DNA of 64,000 bases, taken from positions 9,165 to 73,164 of the IMG/VR virus record IMGVR_UViG_3300042868_007692. One strand, written 5' to 3'. This document shows positions 15,186 to 24,473 of the stretch, piece after piece. The stretch is from a virus. The notes beneath the pieces were generated by a model, which saw nothing but the letters and a program-made list of their open reading frames with translations, was not told the origin of the DNA and made no database searches. The number at the start of each line of letters is the position of its first letter. Position 1 is the stretch's first letter. The translations under genes and the position numbers were made by a program.

Positions 15186-16311
15186 AAATATACCAAAAGT
15201 AGAGTGGTCAGGTGCTCTATTTTATACTACAGAAGGTAGTATTGAAAAACCTGGAACATTCAAAATTACTTTAAAGACAATTCTTCCATTAGATATGGGT
15301 AGTTCAGCTTATACTGAATACAATCTTGATGAAAGATTTATGGATTTTATTGAAGAAGATTTTGAAGAAAGATGTACTTGGAAATTAGGTCATATTCATA
15401 GTCATAATGTAATGAGTGTTTTCTTCTCAGGTACAGATATGGCAGAGCTTAATGACAATGCTCCAGCACATAATTTTTATCTTTCTTTGATAGTAAATAA
15501 CTATATGGACTTTATTGCCAAAGTTGCTTTTATTGGAGAAGCTAAAAAAGATATTAAACAGGTTCCTTATACAGCTAAGAATGCTGAAGGCCATAATTAT
15601 ATCATTGAAAGACAAGACTTTGAAGTTAAGACTAAAAAGTTGTTTATTTATGATTGTGACATTGATACTCCTAAGAATACAATCTTAGTGACAGATCAAT
15701 TTTCTGCTCAAGTAGCTAAAATTATGGAGCCTAAACCTGTAAAAAAAGTAGAATCTAAATGGCCTGCTACTACTACTACTACTACTACAGGAAAGGGATG
15801 GCAAAGAAAGGATAATACCAGGCAATTCAAATCACAAGAAGACAGGGAAATGGAAAGTTGGAACAAAAGCTTTCAGAAAGAAACTAAAAAACCTTTCAAT
15901 AATTGGGAAGATTGGGAATTACCTATTTCTACTTTACTGGCTGAAGATTTAGAAGAAGAAGATTTAAAAGCAATGTATATTTATAATTTTGCTAAAGAAT
16001 TATTTGATTTTACAGGAGGTTCTACACAAGAAGAAACTTTAGAAGATGTTTTAGATATGTTAGTAGAGTTTAACTTAACTCCTTCTGAATTAGCTAAATC
16101 CGTAATTACAGAGTATGCTAAAGATTTTAATAAACATTTTCCTAAAGCTAATGCTACTGAATTTGTTCAGTATACCCATGAAACTTTAGATTTATTAGAA
16201 GATGTGAAACAACTTTATCCTGAAATTGGATTAACTATTAGAACTATTAGTTCTATGATTACTAAATTTATAGAAAATGAGACAGACAAGAGACACAACC
16301 CAGCAGTCTAG
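15064..16311 (+). CDS. JAB/MPN+ (JAMM) metalloprotease with long C-terminal extension
   Basis: EWSGALF (catalytic Glu) and GHIHSHNVMSVFFSGTD (HxH-x7-S-x2-D). Confidence 0.9.
   Translation: MSLVNLSQESIAKQLPRVELKSTIPLVMPIEVLHQIQYLCKNIPKVEWSGALFYTTEGSIEKPGTFKITLKTILPLDMGSSAYTEYNLDERFMDFIEEDFEERCTWKLGHIHSHNVMSVFFSGTDMAELNDNAPAHNFYLSLIVNNYMDFIAKVAFIGEAKKDIKQVPYTAKNAEGHNYIIERQDFEVKTKKLFIYDCDIDTPKNTILVTDQFSAQVAKIMEPKPVKKVESKWPATTTTTTTGKGWQRKDNTRQFKSQEDREMESWNKSFQKETKKPFNNWEDWELPISTLLAEDLEEEDLKAMYIYNFAKELFDFTGGSTQEETLEDVLDMLVEFNLTPSELAKSVITEYAKDFNKHFPKANATEFVQYTHETLDLLEDVKQLYPEIGLTIRTISSMITKFIENETDKRHNPAV
15769..15789 (+). repeat. (ACT)6ACA trinucleotide repeat encoding Thr7 in the JAB linker
   Basis: actactactactactactaca. 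Confidence 0.85.
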
Positions 16312-16978
16312 ATTTAAAGATGCTCCATGGTTTCCTAAAAACAATGAAGTGTGCATGGTAGGTGGAGCAGGTGGTATTGGTTCTTGGTTATGTTATTTCT
16401 TAACTAAGATTGGTTTTAGAGTTAACCTCTATGACTTTGATACTGTAGAAGACCATAATCTAGGTGGTCAATTATTTATGCAATCTGACTTAGGTCAACC
16501 TAAAGTAACAGCAGTAGCAAGAGTTGTAAACTCTTTTTGTAATACTCCTATAGCTACATTCAATGAAAGAATTGATATGAATACAATGACACATTACTTT
16601 ATGTTTTCTGCTTTTGATAATATGGAAGCAAGAAATGCATTGTTTCATGTCTGGAAAAAGTCCTGGGGCTCAGTTCCTTTAGCGGTGACTCCAATCTTCA
16701 TAGATGGTAGATTAGAGATAGAGCAATTACAGATATTTTGTGTTACTCCAGAGAATGCTGACAGGTATGAAAGAGACCATTTGTTTCATGATTCAGTAGT
16801 AGAAGAAGCACCTTGTACTATGAAACAAAGTTCTCATACAGCAGCTATGATAGGAACTCTTATGACTTCCTATTTTACTAATCATATTGCTAACATTTAT
16901 AGTGGAGAGACTATCAGAGAAGTCCCTTTCTACTATGAATTTGTAGTTCCTATGAACTACTCAGCTTCTGAACTATGA
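16277..16978 (+). CDS. E1-like ThiF/MoeB-family adenylyltransferase
   Basis: GGAGGIGS, DFDTVEDHNLGGQ, K, AFDN..AR, FIDGR; candidate catalytic Cys in EEAPCT. Confidence 0.93.
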   Translation: MRQTRDTTQQSRFKDAPWFPKNNEVCMVGGAGGIGSWLCYFLTKIGFRVNLYDFDTVEDHNLGGQLFMQSDLGQPKVTAVARVVNSFCNTPIATFNERIDMNTMTHYFMFSAFDNMEARNALFHVWKKSWGSVPLAVTPIFIDGRLEIEQLQIFCVTPENADRYERDHLFHDSVVEEAPCTMKQSSHTAAMIGTLMTSYFTNHIANIYSGETIREVPFYYEFVVPMNYSASEL

Positions 16979-17988
16979 GAGTAATATCCTCTACATTAGG
17001 AAGCTTAACCAATGATCCTTTTAAAATTACTGTATTAGCAGCTAATACCTACATTCCTATCTATGCTTTTCACACATATTATCAGGAAGAAGGTGTTAAA
17101 TTCTATAAAAGACCTTCTTTAGAGAAAGGTACTCTTAGAAAACCTAATACTTTAAAGCACATAAAGGATGCTCTAGAAATGGCTATTGCCCCAAGAAGAA
17201 TTCTTATAGGTAATAAAAATTATTACTTTATAAAAGGTGCAATGTACACTGAGGATGGGAATCCTCTTATGGTGTTAGGTATGTCTAAAGAAGCTTTTAA
17301 AAATCCTGATATTCCTAATTTCTCTGATAATTATGGAGAATCAGCTAGTCTTTTTGACTATAAAAATTTTGTTATGTTTTACTCCACATCTTTCTTTACT
17401 GAGCCTAGTCTTGCTCCTTTAAACAGAAGATTTCAAAAAGAAATATTAATGTCTTGCTATGAAAAAGGTATAGAGGTAAGAGTGATTACCTCATCAGAAA
17501 TTGAAAAGAATACCTTTGCAAACATTTTTGAAATCCCTAAAGCTAACTCTGTTAGTCAATTAGAGGAGTACATGAACAAAGTACTACCAACAATTTTATA
17601 CACAAAAGAAGAGGACACTTTTGTATTTGAAGAGTTGACAGTACCTGAAGTTGTTCAAAACCATGAATTATCTGTGGAAGAAGAAGCTCTACTATTTGAT
17701 TCTGAAACTAGTCAGGAGTTGCCTGGAGTTAATCCTACAACTTTTGATATTACTCTTAATACAGAAGAAGTAGTTGAATTACTTCCTATTTTTAGAGACC
17801 CTGAAATAGAAGAATTAGAAAGAGAAGCTGCAACTTGGGATTCTGCCCATACAGAACCTGCTTATGTAGCTCCTGAGTATCCTATAGTTCCAGAAGAAAG
17901 TATTATTCTAACACCTATAGGAGAAAGGGTAACTAATGTTTCTTTTAGAACCACTAGACCAATAGAGCTTATTGATGACACAGAATAA
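16975..17988 (+). CDS. Hypothetical protein with acidic C-terminus, translationally coupled to E1
   Basis: ATGA overlap with the E1 stop; last ~120 aa E/P/T-rich. Confidence 0.75.
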   Translation: MRVISSTLGSLTNDPFKITVLAANTYIPIYAFHTYYQEEGVKFYKRPSLEKGTLRKPNTLKHIKDALEMAIAPRRILIGNKNYYFIKGAMYTEDGNPLMVLGMSKEAFKNPDIPNFSDNYGESASLFDYKNFVMFYSTSFFTEPSLAPLNRRFQKEILMSCYEKGIEVRVITSSEIEKNTFANIFEIPKANSVSQLEEYMNKVLPTILYTKEEDTFVFEELTVPEVVQNHELSVEEEALLFDSETSQELPGVNPTTFDITLNTEEVVELLPIFRDPEIEELEREAATWDSAHTEPAYVAPEYPIVPEESIILTPIGERVTNVSFRTTRPIELIDDTE

Positions 17989-18035
17989 TTCCCAAAGGTA
18001 TTTAAGTTTTTTAGTTATAACCTTAAAAATCTTAT

Positions 18036-18548
18036 ATGGGATTAGGAGCCACAAACAAAAGAAAGGGTAGTACAGCAGAAAGGTATTATGCCAAATTCTT
18101 TAGAGAATTAGGCTTTGCATTCTGTGAGACTGCCAGATTTGGAAGTAAAAAACATGACAATGCAAAGATTGATCTATTGTATATTCCTTTTAATGTGCAA
18201 ATTAAAGCAGGTATCCAAAAAAATATGAATCCTGGGAAGGAATTATTTATGATGGCTACCTCTATTGTTGCAATGTTTCCCCCTGAAGATGAAGTTTCTA
18301 AAAGACCTTGTGTATTGTTTCATTACAAACAAGGTAAACCTGGAGCCAGAAGAACTCCAGATATGGAAATGGTGTATATGTCTATGATACAGTTTGATGT
18401 ATTCAAAAGTAAAAGTCCTAGTTTAGAGTATTCTATGCTTAAGGAATTTAAGTTTGATTTACAATCTGAATTTAAAAGTATTGTAGGTATGACACTTGAC
18501 CATTTTAAAGAAGAAGTAATCTTAAAACAATATGTAACATGCCAGTAA
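18036..18548 (+). CDS. PD-(D/E)XK nuclease, Holliday junction resolvase-like
   Basis: NKRKGSTAER..FRELGF..IDL..VQIK. Confidence 0.75.
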   Translation: MGLGATNKRKGSTAERYYAKFFRELGFAFCETARFGSKKHDNAKIDLLYIPFNVQIKAGIQKNMNPGKELFMMATSIVAMFPPEDEVSKRPCVLFHYKQGKPGARRTPDMEMVYMSMIQFDVFKSKSPSLEYSMLKEFKFDLQSEFKSIVGMTLDHFKEEVILKQYVTCQ

Positions 18549-19708
18549 TAGTAGCCACAAAAGAGGAAGTAAGAGAATACTATGAGTCAAGTGCTCTAGG
18601 TCAGTCAAAATTAAAAAAATTGTTAGGAGATTTAGGGTCTTTTAACAAAGAGGAAGATTCCTCAGCAGAACACTTTGTAATAGGCTCTGCAGTAGACTGC
18701 ATTTTAACTAATTCAAGAGAAGTCTTCAATGAAGAGTATTACATTTCAGAAGTTGAAAAATTACCTTCTGAAACTGTAGTAGGTATCTTGCAATCAGTTC
18801 ATAATGATTTACTGCAGGACTATGCAGAACATTTAGAAGTCATTTTAGGTCAGGGAGAGCCTGTACCTGTGACACCTTTTATAGAATTTGTAGGTGATTT
18901 AAAAGATCATGCTACTTATATTTTAGATGCTTGTGAAAGAGCAGAGTGGCAACCTAGATGGGGTGTTGATGCCAAGCTAAAAAATATCCTTGAGCCTGGA
19001 ACTGAGTATTTTATGGATTTATGTAAAGCCTTTGGGAAGAGGGTTATTAGCAAATCTCAAGCTAATATCATTAATGCTATTGTAGCATCTTTAGAAAATA
19101 ATCCAAGAACTGCAAGTTACTTTAATAGAGTATTCTTTGAATCATTACCAAACATAACAATTTACTATCAATTTCCTATTTACTTTGAGTACAGAGGAGT
19201 GCAATGTAAAGGATTGTTAGATATGGTTATTGTAGAAAGAGATGAAGAAGGAAAAATACTTTCTATTACAGGTATAGACTTAAAAACTATGAATGGAAAT
19301 ACTTATTATTTCCCTAGTAGTATTAAGGCTAGAAGATATGATATTCAAGCTGCTTGGTATACTCTTGCTTTAAGACAACATTTTGCAGTTCCAGAAGAAT
19401 CAGATGTAATTAGACCTTTCCAATTTGTAGTAGAATCTACTTCATATCAAGGAAAGCCTTTAGTTTATACTGTTGATACTTCCCTTTTAAACATAGGAAG
19501 ATTTGGTAGAAGAGCTATTTCTCTACATGATACAGATATGTTTAATGGAGAAACTATGGCAAGTGCCATTATTCAGTATGAAATCAAAGGTTTTGAACAA
19601 CTCTTAGATCTTTATATTTATCATTCAGAGAATGGTTTTAATGAAGAAAGAGAAATTCAAGAAGCAGGTTTAACTACATTATTGGTTAACTGGGATGGCA
19701 TTGTCTAA
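18539..19708 (+). CDS. PD-(D/E)XK exonuclease (RecE/DUF3799-like)
   Basis: GSAVD, CKGLLDMV, IDLKT, YDIQAAWY. Confidence 0.8.
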   Translation: MPVIVATKEEVREYYESSALGQSKLKKLLGDLGSFNKEEDSSAEHFVIGSAVDCILTNSREVFNEEYYISEVEKLPSETVVGILQSVHNDLLQDYAEHLEVILGQGEPVPVTPFIEFVGDLKDHATYILDACERAEWQPRWGVDAKLKNILEPGTEYFMDLCKAFGKRVISKSQANIINAIVASLENNPRTASYFNRVFFESLPNITIYYQFPIYFEYRGVQCKGLLDMVIVERDEEGKILSITGIDLKTMNGNTYYFPSSIKARRYDIQAAWYTLALRQHFAVPEESDVIRPFQFVVESTSYQGKPLVYTVDTSLLNIGRFGRRAISLHDTDMFNGETMASAIIQYEIKGFEQLLDLYIYHSENGFNEEREIQEAGLTTLLVNWDGIV

Positions 19709-20312
19709 TGTAGCAGAAACCGGTATGCAAATTGAGATAGGAAAGTTATATGTTAACAGAACTGTTAAATATCTAATTCCTGCTCTTAGTTACTATGGAT
19801 CCACTTTAAAGACTAAGTTAAACTTGGTCTTTAAATTGGCTTTTGGTGTACATGATTGTCTTATAGAAGGTACTCATTTAGAAGGTCAAAAGAATATTTT
19901 TATTCTTATAGATAAACTTGTGAGACCTGATTTATATCAAAACTTTATTGATTGGATAAAACATCAGGAATACTATGTTACAGACTATGCTTATGATTCA
20001 ATTCTTGAACACAATAGTAGAAAACAGATGTTAGTATTGGCATTTCCACCTGAATTAGCTGATGCTTATGACAAATTTTTACTGGGCAAGTATAGTCTAA
20101 TGTACACTAAAAATGAAGTAGAAACTTTCTTTGGAGAGGAAAACAAAGCTATTGCAAGACATGTACTAAGAAAAACTTATCATGCTAAATTAGAATTTAA
20201 AAGACTTGTAAAAGAAGCTTTTGGAACTGTTTTAGAAGAACAAGATTTTTTAGTAGGCTCTTGGGAATATGATTTACCTCCTAATAAAGAAGAAGAATTT
20301 TTTAACACTTGA
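19695..20312 (+). CDS. Hypothetical protein
   Basis: 205-aa ORF overlapping the upstream gene. Confidence 0.75.
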   Translation: MALSNVAETGMQIEIGKLYVNRTVKYLIPALSYYGSTLKTKLNLVFKLAFGVHDCLIEGTHLEGQKNIFILIDKLVRPDLYQNFIDWIKHQEYYVTDYAYDSILEHNSRKQMLVLAFPPELADAYDKFLLGKYSLMYTKNEVETFFGEENKAIARHVLRKTYHAKLEFKRLVKEAFGTVLEEQDFLVGSWEYDLPPNKEEEFFNT

Positions 20313-20346
20313 AAACCTTTGGGGAGTTAATCTCCCCTAAGTTTTC
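20311..20346 (+). terminator. Hairpin, probable terminator
   Basis: GAAAAC..GGGGAG-TTAAT-CTCCCC..GTTTTC right after the stop codon. Confidence 0.6.
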
Positions 20347-20365
20347 ATTAATACTTATAGAATAA

Positions 20366-20590
20366 ATGGCACACACATTAATTATTACAGCTTTTCAGCC
20401 TAACCTTAGTTTTTCTTTAAAGGGCAAGATACAAAAATACATTTCTCCTTCTATGGTAAGTTGTGATGATGAGAATGAAAAAGCCTATTTTTTAGATGCT
20501 ATAATATCTGAAATTGAAGATATTTCTTCTGAAGATCAGATTATTATTGCTGAATTACAATCTCAAAAAGTAGAATATGTCGAATTTTAG
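20366..20590 (+). CDS. Hypothetical protein
   Basis: 74-aa ORF in the operon. Confidence 0.6.
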   Translation: MAHTLIITAFQPNLSFSLKGKIQKYISPSMVSCDDENEKAYFLDAIISEIEDISSEDQIIIAELQSQKVEYVEF

Positions 20591-20927
20591 AACTTTAGGA
20601 CCTGATGAAAAAGTTTATGTAAATTACAAAAACTATAATCCAGCTAGAGTAGTGGCTGTTGAAAAAAGAGGAAGAAAACATTATCTACTTTTAAGATGGG
20701 AAAATTTTCCTGGATACAAAGGAAGGTATTTTGAAAAATGGGTTAGAGATACTTTTTGTGTAGAGTATAAACCTACAGGTAAGGGTACAACTTTAGCTGA
20801 GCTTAAAAGAAATGCTTTAAGTGTTTTTCCTACTTATAGAGCTAATAGAAAAGGAAAAGTTACTTTAGCCTGGTGGCAAAAATTAATTATTAAATTACAA
20901 AATTGGTGGTATGGAATCAAAAACTAA
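20577..20927 (+). CDS. Hypothetical basic protein
   Basis: 116-aa ORF overlapping both neighbours. Confidence 0.65.
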   Translation: MSNFRTLGPDEKVYVNYKNYNPARVVAVEKRGRKHYLLLRWENFPGYKGRYFEKWVRDTFCVEYKPTGKGTTLAELKRNALSVFPTYRANRKGKVTLAWWQKLIIKLQNWWYGIKN

Positions 20928-21261
20928 AGCTTTTATAACAGAAACACAATTTGACACTGTTGTAGATACAAGATGTCAACAAATTAAAAGAACTTTATTA
21001 GTAAAAGCTAAAGAGTACAGAAGAAACAATGACCCTTTACATAATTTTAGAGTAGCTGCTAAGGTGCAAAACACTACAGAAGAAAAAGCTCTTTGGGGTT
21101 TTGCAGTTAAACATTATGTATCTTTTTTAGATATTTTAAATGATATAGAAAAAGGTTTTCTTCCTAAAGAAGAAGTTATAGATGAAAAAATAGGAGATTT
21201 AATTAACTACTTGATTCTTTGTGAAGCAAGCATAAAAGAAAAAATAACAAATGAACAATAA
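20911..21261 (+). CDS. DUF1599/Nmad1-like all-alpha nucleotide-modification-associated protein
   Basis: KAKEY..DPLHNF..K..DEKIGDLINYLIL pattern. Confidence 0.6.
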   Translation: MESKTKAFITETQFDTVVDTRCQQIKRTLLVKAKEYRRNNDPLHNFRVAAKVQNTTEEKALWGFAVKHYVSFLDILNDIEKGFLPKEEVIDEKIGDLINYLILCEASIKEKITNEQ

Positions 21262-21880
21262 AATAGAATTTTTGACTAAACATTGTACTACTTCTAAAGA
21301 TGGAGTTATAGCATTGTCTAATACTTTAGTAGAGTTAGCTATTAAAGTTCATAATTGTCCAATTAAAGTTTCTTGTCCAGATTTTCCTGGAGAAGTCTCT
21401 ACTTATACTGTAGAAGAGTTACTAACTCCTAAGTTTACAGCAGGCCCTTACCCTAATAGATATGAAGAAGGTACTTATTACAGTCTTTGTATGTATACTT
21501 GGAAAGGAGTAAAAGCTACTGCTAAAGAATTAGAAGAAATTTGGACTGAAGCTCCTGGGATAAAACCTGAATTAGCTACAGAAGAAATTATTATTGAAAA
21601 AAGAGGTAAAAGTTATATTATTAAAACTCCTGTAGTAGTAACTACTTTTGAAGAAAAAGAAGTAAATCTTGTACAATATGTAGGAATGATTATTCATCAA
21701 ACAAGAGAAGCTAGAGGGTTGAATAAAACTGCTTTAGCTAATTTGACAGATAATAAAGTTTCTTCAACTTCTATTGGACAAATTGAAGCAGGTACAACAA
21801 ATCCTATTTTAAGTTCTCTAGAAGCTATTTGTGAAGCTTTGGGCTTACATATTACTGATTTATTTCCTCCTAAAAACTAG
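21251..21880 (+). CDS. Protein with C-terminal XRE-family HTH
   Basis: IHQTREARGLNKTALA..SSTSIGQIEAGTTNPILSSLEAICEALG. Confidence 0.85.
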   Translation: MNNKIEFLTKHCTTSKDGVIALSNTLVELAIKVHNCPIKVSCPDFPGEVSTYTVEELLTPKFTAGPYPNRYEEGTYYSLCMYTWKGVKATAKELEEIWTEAPGIKPELATEEIIIEKRGKSYIIKTPVVVTTFEEKEVNLVQYVGMIIHQTREARGLNKTALANLTDNKVSSTSIGQIEAGTTNPILSSLEAICEALGLHITDLFPPKN

Positions 21881-21885
21881 AAATT

Positions 21886-22122
21886 ATGACTCAAAGGATT
21901 AAAATGGGAACTCTTACTGTTGAAGTATTTTTCAATGAGTATGACAAAAATCTAAAAACTAGAAAACAAATTCCAGGGCATGAGATTACAAGACAAGATA
22001 GATTAGCTATTGATAGAGGTCTTGATGATACTGATTTTGGAGAGTTTTATAGATATGAAGATAAAGACAAAGAAATCACTGGGATGTTCAATGTGGTAGA
22101 ATCTACAGAAGGAGATGAATAG
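21886..22122 (+). CDS. Hypothetical protein
   Basis: 78-aa ORF in the operon. Confidence 0.6.
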   Translation: MTQRIKMGTLTVEVFFNEYDKNLKTRKQIPGHEITRQDRLAIDRGLDDTDFGEFYRYEDKDKEITGMFNVVESTEGDE

Positions 22123-22309
22123 CTGGAAATTAAATGGAATGGCAGGCCACTTAACAAGGTCTGCTATTTGTAAGAGTTTAAATATACATCATACTGAAAT
22201 TTATAAAGTTGTAAAATATGTTCATGGAGATGTTATTGAAACTCAAGATGGCAAAAAGTATGAATTAATTTTAAAAGAAATTAAAGATGATACAAGTAAA
22301 ATTAGATAG
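22115..22309 (+). CDS. Hypothetical protein
   Basis: 64-aa ORF overlapping neighbours. Confidence 0.55.
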   Translation: MNSWKLNGMAGHLTRSAICKSLNIHHTEIYKVVKYVHGDVIETQDGKKYELILKEIKDDTSKIR

Positions 22310-22529
22310 AAAACCTTATGCTAAGCATACTTTCTACAAAGGAATTTATATTCATAAAAAAACAGAATATGATTTTGAATTAACTGTAGAAGAGTCTGAA
22401 AACAGTGCACAACCTGCTGTTTTAGTAGAATTTGGAGTAGACCATAAGTTTTTACCTTTTGATTATGGTAAAGCTTGTAAAGAAATTTTAGCAATTTATT
22501 TACCTGAAAAAAATGAAGACAAAAATTAA
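22287..22529 (+). CDS. Hypothetical protein
   Basis: 80-aa ORF overlapping neighbours. Confidence 0.55.
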   Translation: MIQVKLDRKPYAKHTFYKGIYIHKKTEYDFELTVEESENSAQPAVLVEFGVDHKFLPFDYGKACKEILAIYLPEKNEDKN

Positions 22530-23610
22530 TGCTCAAATAGTAGCACACTCAAAAAATGAGCAAGGAGATGAGTTAATCTCAGTCCTTGCTACATTTCCTA
22601 GAATTATCCTTGCTGAGGTAAACACCCACAGGATGCTTTCTAAGAACACTTCTAGCTCAAGAGCCATACCTTTTAATAAAATGGTAGAAACTATCCAGAA
22701 TGACCCTTTTATTCCTATTGCTTGGCAAAAAGAACATAAAGGTATGCAAGGAAGTGAGTATTTTGAAAACACAATGTTGCAACAAGCATTGTGGTTAGAA
22801 GCAAGAAATTCTGCTGTAGATTTAGCTGACAGACTTAATTCAGGCTGTGGAGTTACTAAACAGCTTTGTAACAGATTGTTAGAACCTTTTATGTGGACTA
22901 CAATGTTAATCACAGGGCCTAAATCAGGTTGGGATAATTTCTTTAATTTAAGATGTCCTCAATATGAGTATATTACAAAAGAAGATATAACATATTTCAA
23001 AAGTAAAAAAGACTGGACAAAGAAGTTTTATGAGAGTAAAGTTGTATCAAATACTTCTGCTACAATTGAAGATATTAATACTTATTCTTGGTTTAATAAA
23101 AATAAAGGTCAAGCTGAAATTCATATAATGGCTCTTGCTGAGTGTATATGGGATGCTTACAATGAAAGTACTCCTAAAATACTGATACCTGGAGAATGGC
23201 ATATTCCTTTCTTAGACAAAATTGAGACTGATTTTGAAGAAATTGCTGTTAAAGTATCTACTGCAATGGCAGCTAGAACTTCTTACACTGTGGTAGGTAA
23301 TGAAAAAGAAATTGACATTGATGCTATGGTTGTTTTACATGACAGACTTCTTGCTCAAGATCCTCCTCATAGTTCTCCTTTAGAGCATTGTGCTAGAGCT
23401 ATGAGTGAAGATGAATATAGAGGCAATATTAAAGGAAAAATTAATCTTATAAATGATAGAGAATTCCAGACTGAGTTTGCTGCAATGACTGGCTATACTC
23501 CTTTAAGTGGAGCTTGTGAAGAAAAAGCTTTAGGCTGGTGTAATAACTTGAAAGGGTTTATTCCTTATAGATACATGGTTGACAATGGAAATCAAACATC
23601 AAAAGACTAA
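22513..23610 (+). CDS. thyX: FAD-dependent thymidylate synthase ThyX
   Basis: RIILAEVNTHRMLSKNTSSSR (ThyX motif), NFFNLR, AQ-like QAEI, HSSPLEH. Confidence 0.85.
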   Translation: MKTKINAQIVAHSKNEQGDELISVLATFPRIILAEVNTHRMLSKNTSSSRAIPFNKMVETIQNDPFIPIAWQKEHKGMQGSEYFENTMLQQALWLEARNSAVDLADRLNSGCGVTKQLCNRLLEPFMWTTMLITGPKSGWDNFFNLRCPQYEYITKEDITYFKSKKDWTKKFYESKVVSNTSATIEDINTYSWFNKNKGQAEIHIMALAECIWDAYNESTPKILIPGEWHIPFLDKIETDFEEIAVKVSTAMAARTSYTVVGNEKEIDIDAMVVLHDRLLAQDPPHSSPLEHCARAMSEDEYRGNIKGKINLINDREFQTEFAAMTGYTPLSGACEEKALGWCNNLKGFIPYRYMVDNGNQTSKD

Positions 23611-24430
23611 AACTTTAACAACAAGAGATAATAGTAGGAGCAGTGATGCCATTGCTCCTAATTTCATTTATGGCTGTCTTGGTGGATGTATGAAATCATA
23701 TTGCTATGTAGGTAGATATAATGCTGACAAAGTTTATATCAATGATAATACAGAGCAAATACTGGCTTCTGTTTATGCTTGGGTTGATAAACAAGTGTGG
23801 CCTAAAGTTCCCAACCAAGTTGATGACACTTACTATTGTGTAGACATAGGATGTAGTACTGATGTGCCCTTACATAGTAAACACTATAATTGGCAACAAG
23901 TATTTGATTTCTTCAATACACAATACAAACTGAAGACAACTTTTGCTACTAAGTACCCTACAAAGTTTAAAGTACAAGAGTATAACTTGGCTCCAGGTAA
24001 GCATAGAATAAGAATTAGTCTTATGCCTCAGAAAATCTCTGATATTCTAGAGCCTAAGACAGATAGTATTGCAGATAGAATTGCTATGATTCCTATTCTT
24101 CAACAGAAAATGGAAGTTCATCTCAATTTTAGTCCTATTGTGTACTATCCAGGTTGGCTAGAAGATTACAGAGAGTTGTTTGAAATGTTGAAAGGTATTG
24201 AGTTTAAGTCAGAATGTATTTTTTTAACTTACAATAATATTCAACTTCAAAGAAATACTCCTGAAGTAAATAAAATGCTTAGCTTTCCTGCTTTTCAAGA
24301 AGCAAAAGACTCTCAATATGCTGCTGATAACATTAGGTATGAAAGATATTTTAAGAATGGATTAATATTAGAATTTAAAGATTTATATTCTCAATATTTT
24401 CCTCTTGAAACTATTAGATACATTTTTTAA
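23585..24430 (+). CDS. Spore photoproduct lyase-like radical SAM protein
   Basis: GCLGGCMKSYCY cluster motif, DIGCSTD (compare SplB EASCTSD), FATK, RISLMP, NFSPIV..GW..Y. Confidence 0.8.
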   Translation: MEIKHQKTKTLTTRDNSRSSDAIAPNFIYGCLGGCMKSYCYVGRYNADKVYINDNTEQILASVYAWVDKQVWPKVPNQVDDTYYCVDIGCSTDVPLHSKHYNWQQVFDFFNTQYKLKTTFATKYPTKFKVQEYNLAPGKHRIRISLMPQKISDILEPKTDSIADRIAMIPILQQKMEVHLNFSPIVYYPGWLEDYRELFEMLKGIEFKSECIFLTYNNIQLQRNTPEVNKMLSFPAFQEAKDSQYAADNIRYERYFKNGLILEFKDLYSQYFPLETIRYIF

Positions 24431-24446
24431 AGTAAAGATTTATCTT

Positions 24447-24454
24447 TATATTTG
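24447..24454 (+). promoter_or_regulatory. TAnnTTTG -7 promoter element upstream of the GroES-like gene
   Basis: Intergenic TATATTTG, ATG at 24474. Confidence 0.6.
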
Positions 24455-24473
24455 TAAACAAATTAATTTAATT

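Noticed and set aside
16277-16978. ThiF/MoeB as a thiamine or molybdopterin auxiliary metabolic gene
   Set aside because: No ThiS/ThiG/MoaD/MoaE genes in the window, no Zn-binding CxxC pairs, and it is coupled to JAB and E2-like genes. A sulfur-transfer role is not strictly excluded.
17989-18035. Possible terminator after the conjugation cassette (AAGGT..ACCTT)
   Set aside because: Stem is weak and AT-rich with mismatches, and there is no clear T-tract
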